A DNA stretch of 38,055 nt from Pseudomonadota bacterium (GCA_031380185.1 JANNFT010000292.1:1-38055), one strand, 5' to 3'; shown: positions 8,491-18,772, counted from the first letter of the stretch. Notes: generated from the sequence alone by a model not told the origin. A program made the numbers and translations.

Positions 8491-9426
8491 ATGAATAGCA
8501 GCGCGTTCGTATTTCCCGGTCAAGGTTCGCAAAGCGTCGGCATGATGGCGGGCTTTGGCAACGCACCGATTGTCCAGAACACTTTCGTGGAAGCGTCTGA
8601 TTTGTTGCGGGTCGATCTTTGGAAAATGGCGCTGAACGGTCCAGCCGAAGATCTCGCGCAAACCGTCAACACCCAGCCGCTCATGCTCACCGCCGGAATT
8701 GCTATCTGGCGGCTATGGCGCAGTCTTGGCGGCGCCATGCCTGGCTATTTTGCCGGTCACAGTCTCGGTGAATACAGCGCGCTGGTTGCGGCGCAAGTGA
8801 TTCGTTTTGCCGATGCAATTCCCTTGGTTCGTTATCGCGCTGAACTCATGCAAGACGCGGCGCCCGCAGGGGAGGGCGGTATTGCCGCGATATTGGGTTT
8901 GGACGATGAAACGCTAAAGGCCGTGTGCGCGGAAGCGGCACAAGGCGAAATCGTCGAGCTGGCGAATTACAATTCGCCAGGGCAGTTGGTGATTTCCGGG
9001 TCGCGTTCGGCAGTAGAACGCGCGATCGAAGCGGCTAAAACTTGCGGCGCCAAACGCGCGATGATGTTGGCGATGAGTGTTCCGGCGCACTGTTCTTTGA
9101 TGCGCCCAGCAGCGGAGCAGTTGCGCCAGCGCATCAACGAGATAGATTTTCTGCCCCCGGCCGCGCCGGTCATTCAAAATGTCGACGCTGTAGGTTTTAA
9201 CGATCCGGTGGCAATTAAAGACGCATTGGTGCGCCAGTTGTACGGCGCGGTTCGTTGGATCGAAACTATTAAGGCGCTTGCTGACGGCGGCATAAAACGG
9301 GTGGTCGAATGTGGGCCAGGGCGAGTGTTGGTCGGATTGAATAAGCGTATCGATGATCGCATTCAAGCCATGTCGATTCATGATCAAGCATCCTTGAACG
9401 CGGTTATGGCGAGTATAAATGGGTGA
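8491..9426 (+). CDS. fabD: Malonyl-CoA:ACP transacylase
   Basis: FPGQGSQ and GHSLGEY motifs. Confidence 0.97.
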   Translation: MNSSAFVFPGQGSQSVGMMAGFGNAPIVQNTFVEASDLLRVDLWKMALNGPAEDLAQTVNTQPLMLTAGIAIWRLWRSLGGAMPGYFAGHSLGEYSALVAAQVIRFADAIPLVRYRAELMQDAAPAGEGGIAAILGLDDETLKAVCAEAAQGEIVELANYNSPGQLVISGSRSAVERAIEAAKTCGAKRAMMLAMSVPAHCSLMRPAAEQLRQRINEIDFLPPAAPVIQNVDAVGFNDPVAIKDALVRQLYGAVRWIETIKALADGGIKRVVECGPGRVLVGLNKRIDDRIQAMSIHDQASLNAVMASING

Positions 9427-10174
9427 CGCTCTGGCCTTGGATGGTCAAATCGCGCTTGTAACCGGCGCCAGCCGGGGCATAGGTCAAGCAATCGCCAAAC
9501 ATTTGGCAAAGCAAGGCGCCGTCGTTGTTGGCACCGCAACATCGGACAGTGGCGCCGCTGCGATCAGTCAATATTTGAGCGAGCTCGGCAACAACGGTAA
9601 GGGTCTTGCACTCGATGTAAATGATGGCGCGGGTGTTTCCGGCGTGATCGACCGCATTCAAAAGGAATTCGGCGCTGTTTTGATTCTCGTCAACAACGCG
9701 GGTATTACTCGCGACAATTTGTTGCTGCGAATGGGCGACCAAGAGTGGGACGATATTATCGATACCAATTTGCGCTCGGTGTTCCGTTTGTCGCGTGCGG
9801 TGATGCGCGGCATGATGAAAGCTCGCAGCGGCCGCATCATCAATATATCGTCGGTCGTAGGCGTTGCGGGAAATGGCGGGCAGACCAATTATGCGGCGGC
9901 AAAGGCCGGTATGATTGGATTTACCAAAGCACTCGCAAGAGAGGTAGGCAGCCGCAATATTACGGTGAATTGCGTCGCGCCGGGCTTTATCGACACCGAC
10001 ATGACACGTGCGTTAACCGCAGATCAGCACAAAGCGTTACTCGCCAGCATTCCGTTGGCGCGACTAGGATGTGTCGATGATATTGCCGCCGCGGTCGGTT
10101 ACCTGGCGTCGCCGGGGGCAGGTTACGTCACCGGCGCCACGCTCCATGTGAATGGCGGTATGTACATGAGCTAG
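9419..10174 (+). CDS. fabG: 3-oxoacyl-ACP reductase
   Basis: TGASRGIG, NNAGITRD and YAAAK motifs; operon position. Confidence 0.97.
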   Translation: MGDALALDGQIALVTGASRGIGQAIAKHLAKQGAVVVGTATSDSGAAAISQYLSELGNNGKGLALDVNDGAGVSGVIDRIQKEFGAVLILVNNAGITRDNLLLRMGDQEWDDIIDTNLRSVFRLSRAVMRGMMKARSGRIINISSVVGVAGNGGQTNYAAAKAGMIGFTKALAREVGSRNITVNCVAPGFIDTDMTRALTADQHKALLASIPLARLGCVDDIAAAVGYLASPGAGYVTGATLHVNGGMYMS

Positions 10175-10267
10175 TCGAATTTTAGTCGCGGTTATTCACC
10201 GCAAATTTGCGCTTTGATTCTGATAAAATGGGAAAGTTTTTTCTCGACACTAGGGAAGGTTAAAGAG

Positions 10268-10507
10268 ATGGAAAATATCGAGCAACGTGTTAAAAAAATT
10301 GTCGCCGAGCAACTTGGCGTCAACGAAAGCGAGATCAAGACCGAGTCGTCATTCGTCAATGACTTGGGCGCCGATTCACTCGACACTGTCGAGTTGGTGA
10401 TGGCGTTGGAGGAAGAGTTTGAAACCGAAATACCCGACGAAGAAGCGGAGAAAATCACTACGGTGCAACAGGCGATAAACTACGTCCAATCACACGTTAA
10501 GGCGTGA
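10268..10507 (+). CDS. acpP: Acyl carrier protein
   Basis: [17 protein letters not shown]...[13 protein letters not shown]; ATG 10268 gives 79 aa. Confidence 0.97.
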   Translation: MENIEQRVKKIVAEQLGVNESEIKTESSFVNDLGADSLDTVELVMALEEEFETEIPDEEAEKITTVQQAINYVQSHVKA

Positions 10508-10556
10508 TGCTGCGTCGCTTGCGAGTATCAATAACCCGAATCTAAGAGAGCCTCAT

Positions 10557-11795
10557 TTGTCTCGGCGGCGCGTCGTTGTCACCGGCCTAGGAGTCGTTTG
10601 TCCGGTAGGGAATACGGTTTCCGAAGCATGGTCGAATCTTATCGCCGGTCGTTCTGGCATAGGGAAAATCACACGATTTGACGCATCGCCTTACGCGTCG
10701 CAAATCGCGGGTGAAGTGAAGGGCTTCGTGATTGACCCTTACCTGTCCGCAAAAGAGGCGCGCCGTATGGATACGTTCATCCATTACGGCATTGCCGCGG
10801 GTATGCAGGCGCTGAAGGACTCCGGTCTCGAAGTGACGCCCGCCAATGCCGAACGAATCGGTGTCAATATCGGTTCGGGAATCGGTGGAATCGTCATGAT
10901 TCAAGAAACTCATAACGCGCTGTTGCAAGGCGGGCCGCGAAAAATTTCTCCGTTCTTTGTCCCGGGTTCGATCATCAATATGACTGCAGGCTACCTGTCC
11001 ATCATGTATGGATTGAAGGGGCCCAACCTGGCAAGCGTTTCGGCTTGCACCACGGCGAATCACAGCATCGGCGAATCGGCGCGTTCAATCTGCTATGGTG
11101 ACGCGGATGTCATGATCGCAGGCGGATCAGAAGCCGCTGTCGCGACACTGACTATCGGCGGCTTTTCGGCGGCGCGTGCGTTATCAACTCGCAATGACGA
11201 TCCCGAAGGCGCAAGCCGGCCATGGGACAGTGGACGTGACGGTTTTGTATTGGGCGAGGGTGCCGGCGTCTTGGTGCTGGAAGAATACCAATTCGCAAAA
11301 TCTCGCGGCGCACGTATTTATGCCGAGCTCGCGGGTTTCGGGATGAGCGCCGACGCCTATCACATGACATCGCCGATGGAGAATGGCGAGGGCGCCGCGC
11401 GCTGCATGAACAACGCATTGAAAGACGCCGGGCTTACCCACGCCGATGTCGACTACATCAATGCCCACGGCACGTCGACGCCGCTTGGCGACGTTGCCGA
11501 GACCGTCGCGATTAAGCGTTGTTTCGGTGATCACGCCGCAAAGCTTGCGGTGAGTTCCACCAAGTCGAGCACAGGGCATTTGTTGGGCGCCGCTGGCGGC
11601 GTCGAGGCGGTGTTCACGCTGCTCGGCATGCAGCACCAAATCGCCCCGGCCACGATTAATCTGCAAAACCAAGACCCGGCCTGCGATTTAGACTACGTTC
11701 CAAATCGCGCTCGCCCTATGAAAATCGACGTGGCGATGTCTAACTCCTTCGGGTTCGGCGGCACCAACGGCACGCTCGTGTTCAAGCGCGTTTAG
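10557..11795 (+). CDS. fabF: Beta-ketoacyl-ACP synthase II
   Basis: [29 protein letters not shown] and SNSFGFGG motifs. Confidence 0.97.
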   Translation: MSRRRVVVTGLGVVCPVGNTVSEAWSNLIAGRSGIGKITRFDASPYASQIAGEVKGFVIDPYLSAKEARRMDTFIHYGIAAGMQALKDSGLEVTPANAERIGVNIGSGIGGIVMIQETHNALLQGGPRKISPFFVPGSIINMTAGYLSIMYGLKGPNLASVSACTTANHSIGESARSICYGDADVMIAGGSEAAVATLTIGGFSAARALSTRNDDPEGASRPWDSGRDGFVLGEGAGVLVLEEYQFAKSRGARIYAELAGFGMSADAYHMTSPMENGEGAARCMNNALKDAGLTHADVDYINAHGTSTPLGDVAETVAIKRCFGDHAAKLAVSSTKSSTGHLLGAAGGVEAVFTLLGMQHQIAPATINLQNQDPACDLDYVPNRARPMKIDVAMSNSFGFGGTNGTLVFKRV

Positions 11796-12145
11796 CGATT
11801 TCGTTTTTTGCGCCAGCCCATAGGCGCGATTCACTCCCGGCCTTTTTTGAACCCGTCTCAGATTTAATCGTCGGTTGGGGTTTTTATTGGCTCAATGGTG
11901 ATCTCACATCATCGGCATTGTGGCGCCATAGGTCTATGGCGCGATAGAATAACCCGATCCGGAATAAATACAGACGTGCCGATAACCGATATATCGTCAT
12001 GTCGAGCCGAACTCGAAGGAGTTAAAGAATTGTTAATTTGCAAGGGGCTGATCGGATTTTGGTTGATCCCATACCGCGATGAAGTGCGGTGGCTTTTTCG
12101 TGCCCATATCGCCTACCCGATCATCTTAGCGCTCCCGCGACGCCG

Positions 12146-13138
12146 ATGATTGCTAAGCTGCGTTCTCTGGTCGTTTTGTTATTGCTGGCGGCGCTGGCCG
12201 GGGCGGGATGGTTGTACTATTTTGCTCATCAAGAATTGTTGCTGCCGGATTCCCCCTTCCGGATCAATTTAAAACCCGGCAGCTCGATGAAAACGGTCGC
12301 AAGGCAACTTACCCAATCCCATTTGCTCAGCGAACCGTGGCGTTTCATCGTATTAGCCCGGGTGCTGGGCAAGAGCGGTCAGATCAAGGCCGGCGATTAC
12401 GAAATTGAAAAGAATCCTACGCCACTATCGCTTCTCGCACTATTTGCCAAAGGCCAACAGGCCGAACAAGTCCCGGTGAAATTCGTGGAGGGGCATACAT
12501 TCGCGGACATGCGCAAAATATTGGATCAGCATCCTGCGCTAATGCACGACAGCAAAAATCTTTCGGAAATTGAAATTCTGCGCGAAGTCGGCGGCATCGA
12601 GACCAAAGCGGAAGGGTTATTTTTTCCGGATACGTATTTGGTCAACCTCGGGACAAGTGATTTAAAGCTGCTGCAGCGCGCCTATAAGGCGATGCAGGAG
12701 CGGCTTGAGGGCGCATGGGAAGCGCGCGATCCCTCTGTGCCCTATACCGAACCGTATCAGGCGCTGATCATGGCGTCGATTGTTGAAAAAGAGACCGGTC
12801 AACCAAGCGAACGGCCGTTAATCGCATCGGTATTCATCAATCGTTTGAAAAAGAACATGCTGTTGCAAACCGATCCGACCGTGATTTATGGCATGGGTGA
12901 TCGCTACTTGGGCAACATTCGTAAGGCTGATTTGCAGCGCGATACGCCGTACAACACCTACACTCGAACGGGAATGCCGCCCACCCCCATCGCGATGCCG
13001 GGGCTAGCCTCAATCCAAGCCGCACTAAATCCGGCGACGTCGAACGTGCTTTACTTCGTTGCGAAAGGAGACGGCAGCCACGAATTTTCCGCGAATTTGG
13101 TTGACCACAATCGCGCTGTGAACAAATATCAACGCTAA
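12146..13138 (+). CDS. mltG: Endolytic transglycosylase MltG (YceG)
   Basis: N-terminal TM helix after MIAKLRS; EGLFFPDTY, MASIVEKET and LQTDPTVIY motifs. ATG 12146 is preferred over GTG 12089. Confidence 0.95.
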   Translation: MIAKLRSLVVLLLLAALAGAGWLYYFAHQELLLPDSPFRINLKPGSSMKTVARQLTQSHLLSEPWRFIVLARVLGKSGQIKAGDYEIEKNPTPLSLLALFAKGQQAEQVPVKFVEGHTFADMRKILDQHPALMHDSKNLSEIEILREVGGIETKAEGLFFPDTYLVNLGTSDLKLLQRAYKAMQERLEGAWEARDPSVPYTEPYQALIMASIVEKETGQPSERPLIASVFINRLKKNMLLQTDPTVIYGMGDRYLGNIRKADLQRDTPYNTYTRTGMPPTPIAMPGLASIQAALNPATSNVLYFVAKGDGSHEFSANLVDHNRAVNKYQR

Positions 13139-13141
13139 CGC

Positions 13142-13750
13142 ATGCGCGGAAAATTTATTTCGCTGGAAGGAATCGACGGAGCGGGCAAAAGCACCCACCT
13201 GGGATATTTGGCCGACGTAATTCGGGGCTTGGGTCATCAAGTCGTGCAGACGCGCGAACCGGGAGGAACGCCGCTGGGCGAAAAAGTCCGCACATTAGTG
13301 TTAAGCGAACCGATGCATGCAGAAACCGAGACGCTTCTAATGTTCGCCGCAAGGCGGGAGCATATTGCAACCGTGATCGAACCCGCCCTAGCGCGAGGCG
13401 ACTGGGTGATTTCCGATCGCTTTACCGATGCGAGCTTTGCCTATCAAGGCGGCGGGCGCGGCGTTCTTGAAAGCAAAATAAGCGTGCTGAAAGAATGGGT
13501 GCAAGGTCAACTTTGCCCCGATCTCACGTTGCTGTTTGATCTTGACACGGTTGCGGCTAAAGCGCGGCAAACGAAAGCGGGTTTGATACCCGATCGCTTC
13601 GAGCAGCAGAAGCGTGATTTTTTCGATTCTGTGCGAGGTAATTATCTAGCCCGTGCCGCGCAGTTTTCGGCTCGAATTCGCGTAATCGATTCAGCGCAAC
13701 CTATTTCCGACATTCAGGTAACAATTCATAAATATATTTTATCATTATGA
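13142..13750 (+). CDS. tmk: Thymidylate kinase
   Basis: [17 protein letters not shown] and SDRF motifs. Confidence 0.97.
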   Translation: MRGKFISLEGIDGAGKSTHLGYLADVIRGLGHQVVQTREPGGTPLGEKVRTLVLSEPMHAETETLLMFAARREHIATVIEPALARGDWVISDRFTDASFAYQGGGRGVLESKISVLKEWVQGQLCPDLTLLFDLDTVAAKARQTKAGLIPDRFEQQKRDFFDSVRGNYLARAAQFSARIRVIDSAQPISDIQVTIHKYILSL

Positions 13751-13754
13751 TTTT

Positions 13755-14756
13755 ATGAGTCTATTTTATTGGCAACTTCACGCTTGGCAAGACTTTTGGC
13801 AGACCGGAATCGAGCGTATTCCCCACTCCTTGTTGCTGGTTGGCCATGCCGGCACTGGCAAACTGTTATTCGCCAAGGCGCTTGTTCAGAGCCTACTATG
13901 CGAGCGGCGCACGATAGAAAACCGTGCCTGCGCTGAATGTATTTCCTGCCGTTTTTTCCGCCGCGACGCCCATCCGGATTTCCGATTGGTTTCGCCAGAG
14001 TCGGATGAGGAATCGACAAACAACGGAGACGCTAAAGATGAACAATCGAGTGAATTCATAACAATAAATAAAATTAGAGAATTAGGGCAATTTATTAATT
14101 TGACTTCTCATCAAAATGGTCGGCGTGTCGCCTTAATTTATCCGGCGGAACAGCTCAACTTGAATGCGGCAAACGCGCTTCTGAAAACGCTCGAGGAACC
14201 CCCGCCGCAAACGATTTTGATTCTTGTGTCCAATAACTTGAGCCGCATTCTCCCGACAATTCGCAGCCGCTGTCGTTTGCTGAAGATGCCCGTGCCGCGC
14301 CCGGCGCACGCAGTCACTTGGCTGTCCGAGCAACACTGTCCTGAGCCTACGCTCAATCTGGCGATGGCCGGCGGCAGTCCGCTAGACGCCCTGGCGAATG
14401 GTGAAAATTCCGAGTGGCAGATGCAAAGACAGCGTTTTTGCAAAGCGCTCGCTCAACCTGCCGACGGCGACGCGATTGCGTTGGCGGAGTCGGTTTTAAA
14501 AATCGCGCCCGCAACGGTTCTGAGTTGGTTACAAACTTGGATTTATGATCTTATCCGGTTAAAAATCACCCAGAAAAATCGCTATCACTTAGATCAAATT
14601 AAAACTCAAAATGACTTAAATAAAATCTCACAATTGATTGAATTATTGAACTTTAACTCTGAAATATCGGCGGCAAAACGCCTGATCCATCATCCGCTCA
14701 ATCCTAAGTTGTTCTGGGAGTTTTTATTCATTAAATACTTTAAATTGTTTATGTAA
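13755..14756 (+). CDS. holB: DNA polymerase III delta' subunit
   Basis: GHAGTGK, Zn-binding Cys cluster, ANALLKTLEEPP and TIRSRC; follows tmk. Confidence 0.95.
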   Translation: MSLFYWQLHAWQDFWQTGIERIPHSLLLVGHAGTGKLLFAKALVQSLLCERRTIENRACAECISCRFFRRDAHPDFRLVSPESDEESTNNGDAKDEQSSEFITINKIRELGQFINLTSHQNGRRVALIYPAEQLNLNAANALLKTLEEPPPQTILILVSNNLSRILPTIRSRCRLLKMPVPRPAHAVTWLSEQHCPEPTLNLAMAGGSPLDALANGENSEWQMQRQRFCKALAQPADGDAIALAESVLKIAPATVLSWLQTWIYDLIRLKITQKNRYHLDQIKTQNDLNKISQLIELLNFNSEISAAKRLIHHPLNPKLFWEFLFIKYFKLFM

Positions 14757-14769
14757 TTTATTGAAAATA

Positions 14770-15540
14770 ATGTTTATTGACTCGCACTGCCATATTGATT
14801 TTCCGGAATTGGCCGCCCGGGAACAATCCCTGCTTGATAACATGCGCGAATCGAAGGTCACCCACGCCTTGTGTGTGAGCGTAAATCTTAGCGACTGGCC
14901 GCGCGTGCATGCGCTCGCAACGCGCCACGATAATTTGTTCGCGTCGGTCGGCGTTCACCCGGACCACGCCCCAGATGGCGCAGCGCTAACGGAAGCGGAT
15001 TTGCTCACCCGTGCCGCGCAACCGCGCGTTGTCGCAATCGGTGAAACGGGTCTCGATTATTATCGCTTAACCGGCGATTTGACCTGGCAACGGGAGCGCT
15101 TTCGCACCCACATCGGCGCCGCCAAATCTTGCGCCAAGCCGCTGATCATCCATACCCGTTCTGCCGCCGCGGATACCATTGCCATCATGGCTGAAGAAGA
15201 CGCCGGTGTCGCGGGAGGGGTAATGCACTGCTTCACTGAAACCTGGGAAGTCGCGAAGGCGGCGCTGGACCTAGGTTTTTATATTTCTTTTTCCGGGATC
15301 ATTACTTTCAAGAATGCCAACGATTTACGCGACGTTGTGCGCCGGGCGCCGCTTGAACGAATATTGATTGAGACGGATTCGCCTTATCTCGCGCCGGTTC
15401 CTTATCGCGGAAAAATGAATCAACCGGCTTACGTCAAACAGGTTGCGGAATGCGTCAGCGTAATTAAAAACGTGCCGGTTGAGCGGATCGCCGAAATGAC
15501 CAGCAGAAACTTTTTTACATTATTCCGCGATGCGCAATAG
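14770..15540 (+). CDS. tatD: TatD-family hydrolase (YcfH)
   Basis: IDSHCH, GETGLDY, HTR, HCFT and ETDSPYLAP motifs. Confidence 0.93.
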   Translation: MFIDSHCHIDFPELAAREQSLLDNMRESKVTHALCVSVNLSDWPRVHALATRHDNLFASVGVHPDHAPDGAALTEADLLTRAAQPRVVAIGETGLDYYRLTGDLTWQRERFRTHIGAAKSCAKPLIIHTRSAAADTIAIMAEEDAGVAGGVMHCFTETWEVAKAALDLGFYISFSGIITFKNANDLRDVVRRAPLERILIETDSPYLAPVPYRGKMNQPAYVKQVAECVSVIKNVPVERIAEMTSRNFFTLFRDAQ

Positions 15541-15651
15541 TCAATTTTTTGCATCGCCAACACCCAATAGCAGAGCGGATCACAGGGCATGCATCGCCAG
15601 GAGGCAAGTCGGGTGCGGTTCTATGCCGTGCTGCCAGTTTTTTCCATTGCT

Positions 15652-16209
15652 TTAAGAGTTAGCGGGTCGCGCCACTCTTTGCTCTTTACGCCGAATCCAT
15701 TTGCGTCGCACCACCCAGCGCCAGCCAAATTGCACGGCGAAATAACCGACCAATGCAAAAATCGTAGACTGAATCGCCAAGCCGATGAGCAAGGTATCGC
15801 CGAGGGAATAAACCCATAAACATGCCTGTTTGATCATATCGAACACACCAAGCGCCTTGAATTCGGCAATGGGTGGCGGCGGCGCCGTGGCGCCCGTCGC
15901 AAACGCGCCGACCTTGTAAGCGAGAATGTAGAGCGGAACGAAGGTAATTGGATTGGTGTAGAACGTTGTCAACGCCGCCACTGCGAGATTTGCGCGACAG
16001 CCGATCGCCAATGCCGCGGCGCCGAGAATCTGAAACGGCCCGGGAATCAATCCTGTCACCAAGCCGATCGCCACCCCTCGGGCGACGCCGTGGCGATTCA
16101 AATGCCATAAGCTCGGCCGCGTCAGCAGACGGCCGAAAATCCGCAGCGCGCGATTCGAGTTAACGTCTGCCGCGCTCGGCAAATATTTCTTAAGCCAACC
16201 GTTGGACAT
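15652..16209 (-). CDS. DUF2062-family membrane protein
   Basis: LWHLNRHGVARGVAIG and NPITFVPLY motifs; hydrophobic segments. Confidence 0.8.
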   Translation of the reverse strand: MSNGWLKKYLPSAADVNSNRALRIFGRLLTRPSLWHLNRHGVARGVAIGLVTGLIPGPFQILGAAALAIGCRANLAVAALTTFYTNPITFVPLYILAYKVGAFATGATAPPPPIAEFKALGVFDMIKQACLWVYSLGDTLLIGLAIQSTIFALVGYFAVQFGWRWVVRRKWIRRKEQRVARPANS

Positions 16210-16313
16210 TCAATTGGGCCTTGTATACGTTGCAGGGTACGTCGTGTTGACGATCGCTTACTCGGCAATAACCACGCACCATTATCTTAGCGCGAATCGT
16301 TGCGACGGCGCGG

Positions 16314-16341
16314 AAAAAAAGAGGGCCGCAAAGCGGCCCTT
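16314..16341 (-). terminator. Intrinsic terminator of the S8 protease gene
   Basis: The minus strand reads AAGGGCCGC-TTT-GCGGCCCTC followed by T7, about 30 nt after the stop. Confidence 0.85.
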
Positions 16342-16372
16342 GGGTAATACTAGAAATATTCGTCGGTGGAAT

Positions 16373-18283
16373 TTAGGGCGCTAGCACCGGTGCGAATCGA
16401 ACCGCATCTGCAATGACCAAGCCATTCGTGGCCTTGACTTCGACGAAGCCGGCCTTGCCCGCGGCAAAATTATAACGTCCCATCAGGACCCACTTACCGC
16501 CATTGCTTTTCTGGTTAAAAAGCACGGTCGAGGCGCCGCCCTGGTGGGTGACGCTGTATGGCACGCTGCTGGAGCGGTTCGCGTGGGTTGTCCACCAAAC
16601 GTATACATCGTAGCTGCCCGCAGTCGTGATCTGTGGGGTCCAGCGGTAAGCGTCCGCCACCGTGCCGCAACTGTACAGAGACGTCGAACCATAGGGGCCG
16701 GCGCCGCTGGATCGGCACCAAGTTCCGACAAACGTTTTTCCGCCGGCGGCGTCCTGCACACCGAGGGCGGCGTTATCGAGGATAATTCCGACCGGGAGCG
16801 CGGGCGCCACGGCGTTGGCGACCGTTACGGACAGGTTGGTTGAACTGGTGAAATTCCCAGCACCGTCATAGGCCTTGGCAATCAAGCTGGCGGCGCCATC
16901 AAGCATTTTGCTGGTGTCCCAACTGAAGCTATAGGTCGGCGTCAGGTCTGTAGCGACCAAAAGGCCTTTTGCGTAGAGTTCGACTTTCGTAACGCCTACA
17001 TTGTCCGTTGCATTCACATTCACGGGTACGATTCCTTTAACGGTTCCCGTGCCCGGCGCGGTGATAGCGACTTGCGGCGCGGTCAAATCGGCCGCGGCGA
17101 TCAGGCTGCGTACCTTTTGCACGGCGGCTGCGGCGTTCACTCGGCCTGCACCGTATAGCGGGTCTGTTCCGGCAACGCCGAGATCAACAGACGTGGATTT
17201 GAGAATTGACTCCAACTCTGTCGGCTTAAGTGCCGGATTGGCTGACATCATCAGCGCGACCACGCCCGCGGTGACCGGGCTCGAAAACGATGTGCCGCTC
17301 ACTGCTGCATAACCACCGCCGCGCGTGGTAGTCCAAATACCGGCGCCGGGCGCCGAGACATCGACATAATCGCCAAACGACGACCAACTGGCTTTGATAT
17401 CGGTCGATCCCGTAGCCGCCACCGAGATCAGCGCGCTGTTTGGCAAAGTTGCATCGAGAACGCCGGCATTGCCGGCCGAATTGATGACCAGGCCACCCTT
17501 AGTTTTAAGATAGTTGGCGGCGCCTTGTACTGAGCTGCTGCCTTGAACGGAGTAGCTTATGTTAACGACTCTTGCGCCGTGATCTGCCGCCCAGTAGATG
17601 CCTTCGGCAATCGTGCTGTAGAACGCATAGCCGGCGGTATCGCTTATGCGAATGGGCATAATCTTGGCATTCCACGCGACACCAGTAACGCCGACGCTGT
17701 TGTTGCTTGCCGCGGCGGCGGATCCGGCAACTTTGGTGCCGTGTCCATAAACGTCCGACGTGTCCGCGTTACCGTCATAAAAATTCCATCCAGCAACCAT
17801 TTTGCCAATGAGATCCGGATGGGTGGCGTCGACGCCGCTGTCCAAAATCGCAATTGTCACACCGCTCCCAAGCGAAGAATCCCAAGCCGTTGGGGCTTGA
17901 ATTTTAGGCAGATGCCATGCGCTGGCGTAGTAGGTGTCGTTGCCGACTTGCTCGGGTGCAATCAGCTTATCTATTTCGGCCGACTTGATGTGCGGGTTGC
18001 GCTTCAAAAGCTCGACCGCGGTGCGCTCGTCGGCTTCCGCGGGCAACCGAACAATGTGTACTTGAATTTTATTCATACGGCTGGCGGAGCGGCCACCGTG
18101 ACGCGCCAAGATCTTGTTGAGCTCGACATCGTCGAGGCCGGCTCTGGTCTGGACCAGAATGCGCCCTTTGGCCCAATATCCCGTATCGCCGGCAAAAGCA
18201 GTGCCGCCTGCTAGCAACCCGATAAACAACGCAAGAAGTTTGAGTCGGAGAAACGGCGGGCTGTGCGTGATGCGTTGAATCAT
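16373..18283 (-). CDS. Secreted S8 (subtilisin-like) serine protease with Ig-like and golvesin/CBM-like C-terminal domains
   Basis: Signal peptide, propeptide and triad ILDSG / GHGTKVAG / GTSFSSP; then DLTAPQVAITAP...DNVGVTKVE (Big-like) and WTPQITTAGSYDVYVWW...ADAVRF. Confidence 0.92.
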   Translation of the reverse strand: MIQRITHSPPFLRLKLLALFIGLLAGGTAFAGDTGYWAKGRILVQTRAGLDDVELNKILARHGGRSASRMNKIQVHIVRLPAEADERTAVELLKRNPHIKSAEIDKLIAPEQVGNDTYYASAWHLPKIQAPTAWDSSLGSGVTIAILDSGVDATHPDLIGKMVAGWNFYDGNADTSDVYGHGTKVAGSAAAASNNSVGVTGVAWNAKIMPIRISDTAGYAFYSTIAEGIYWAADHGARVVNISYSVQGSSSVQGAANYLKTKGGLVINSAGNAGVLDATLPNSALISVAATGSTDIKASWSSFGDYVDVSAPGAGIWTTTRGGGYAAVSGTSFSSPVTAGVVALMMSANPALKPTELESILKSTSVDLGVAGTDPLYGAGRVNAAAAVQKVRSLIAAADLTAPQVAITAPGTGTVKGIVPVNVNATDNVGVTKVELYAKGLLVATDLTPTYSFSWDTSKMLDGAASLIAKAYDGAGNFTSSTNLSVTVANAVAPALPVGIILDNAALGVQDAAGGKTFVGTWCRSSGAGPYGSTSLYSCGTVADAYRWTPQITTAGSYDVYVWWTTHANRSSSVPYSVTHQGGASTVLFNQKSNGGKWVLMGRYNFAAGKAGFVEVKATNGLVIADAVRFAPVLAP

Positions 18284-18395
18284 CGGTGAAAATTCCTCGT
18301 TATGGTCGGTTGATCAATGGTCCGGCGTAGGGGAATCGCGCGCAGAGGTCGCCAAACACCTGGAAACCCTGATTTTTTCGAGGGGTGCGTCCAAG

Positions 18396-18490
18396 ACTGG
18401 ATCTGGCAATTCCGCTATCATAGGGCGAACCCGTTAGACCGGTGATTTTGCGTCTCTACCTTTCGATAGATTTGCCGTTGCAGATACAGT
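18396..18490 (-). ncRNA. c-di-GMP-I (GEMM) riboswitch
   Basis: The minus strand reads ACTGTATCTGCAACGGCAAATCTATCGAAAGGTAGAGACGCAAAATCACCGGTCTAACGGGTTCGCCCTATGATAGCGGAATTGCCAGATCCAGT. It has GGCAAA, a GAAA tetraloop in P2, GACGCAAA, the CTAA...ATG receptor in P3, TTGCC and the P1 pairing ATCTG/CAGAT. Confidence 0.93.
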
Positions 18491-18499
18491 TAACAACGA

Positions 18500-18516
18500 A
18501 GCAATTGGCGTGCCAA
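18500..18516 (-). promoter_or_regulatory. Sigma54 (-24/-12) promoter
   Basis: The minus strand reads TTGGCACGCCAATTGCT, matching TGGCAC-N5-TTGC. The predicted +1 (about 18489) coincides with the 5' end of the riboswitch. Confidence 0.88.
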
Positions 18517-18772
18517 GAATGACGATAGGCCGACAATTCTGTCGGTTTTGTGACAGGTATTGATTTGAAAAGTTAAAAATCGGCGCCAATGGCCAGGAAA
18601 CCAAAATATTTCGGGCTCGTTGATTTGGACTTTCTGACGCATCACGATTATTGTCAATGAACTACGGCATTTACTGACGCGATAAGTCGAATTTTTGAGT
18701 CGAACAGCGAAAAGAATGGCCAAAGACGCAGCAATTGTTGCCTTAAGGAGACAGTGATTTGATTGAAATGGC

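Noticed and set aside
11884-12000. 38-aa minus-strand ORF MTIYRLSARLYLFRIGLFYRAIDLWRH...
   Set aside because: No SD, no motif and no other support.
17543-18214. 223-aa plus-strand ORF and similar long antisense ORFs over fabD, fabF, tldE, ppa and the PQQ gene
   Set aside because: Each lies fully opposite a well-supported gene, as expected from codon bias.
18396-18490. c-AMP-GMP (GEMM-Ib) specificity
   Set aside because: The position equivalent to Vc2 nt 20 is G (CGGCAAA), not A.
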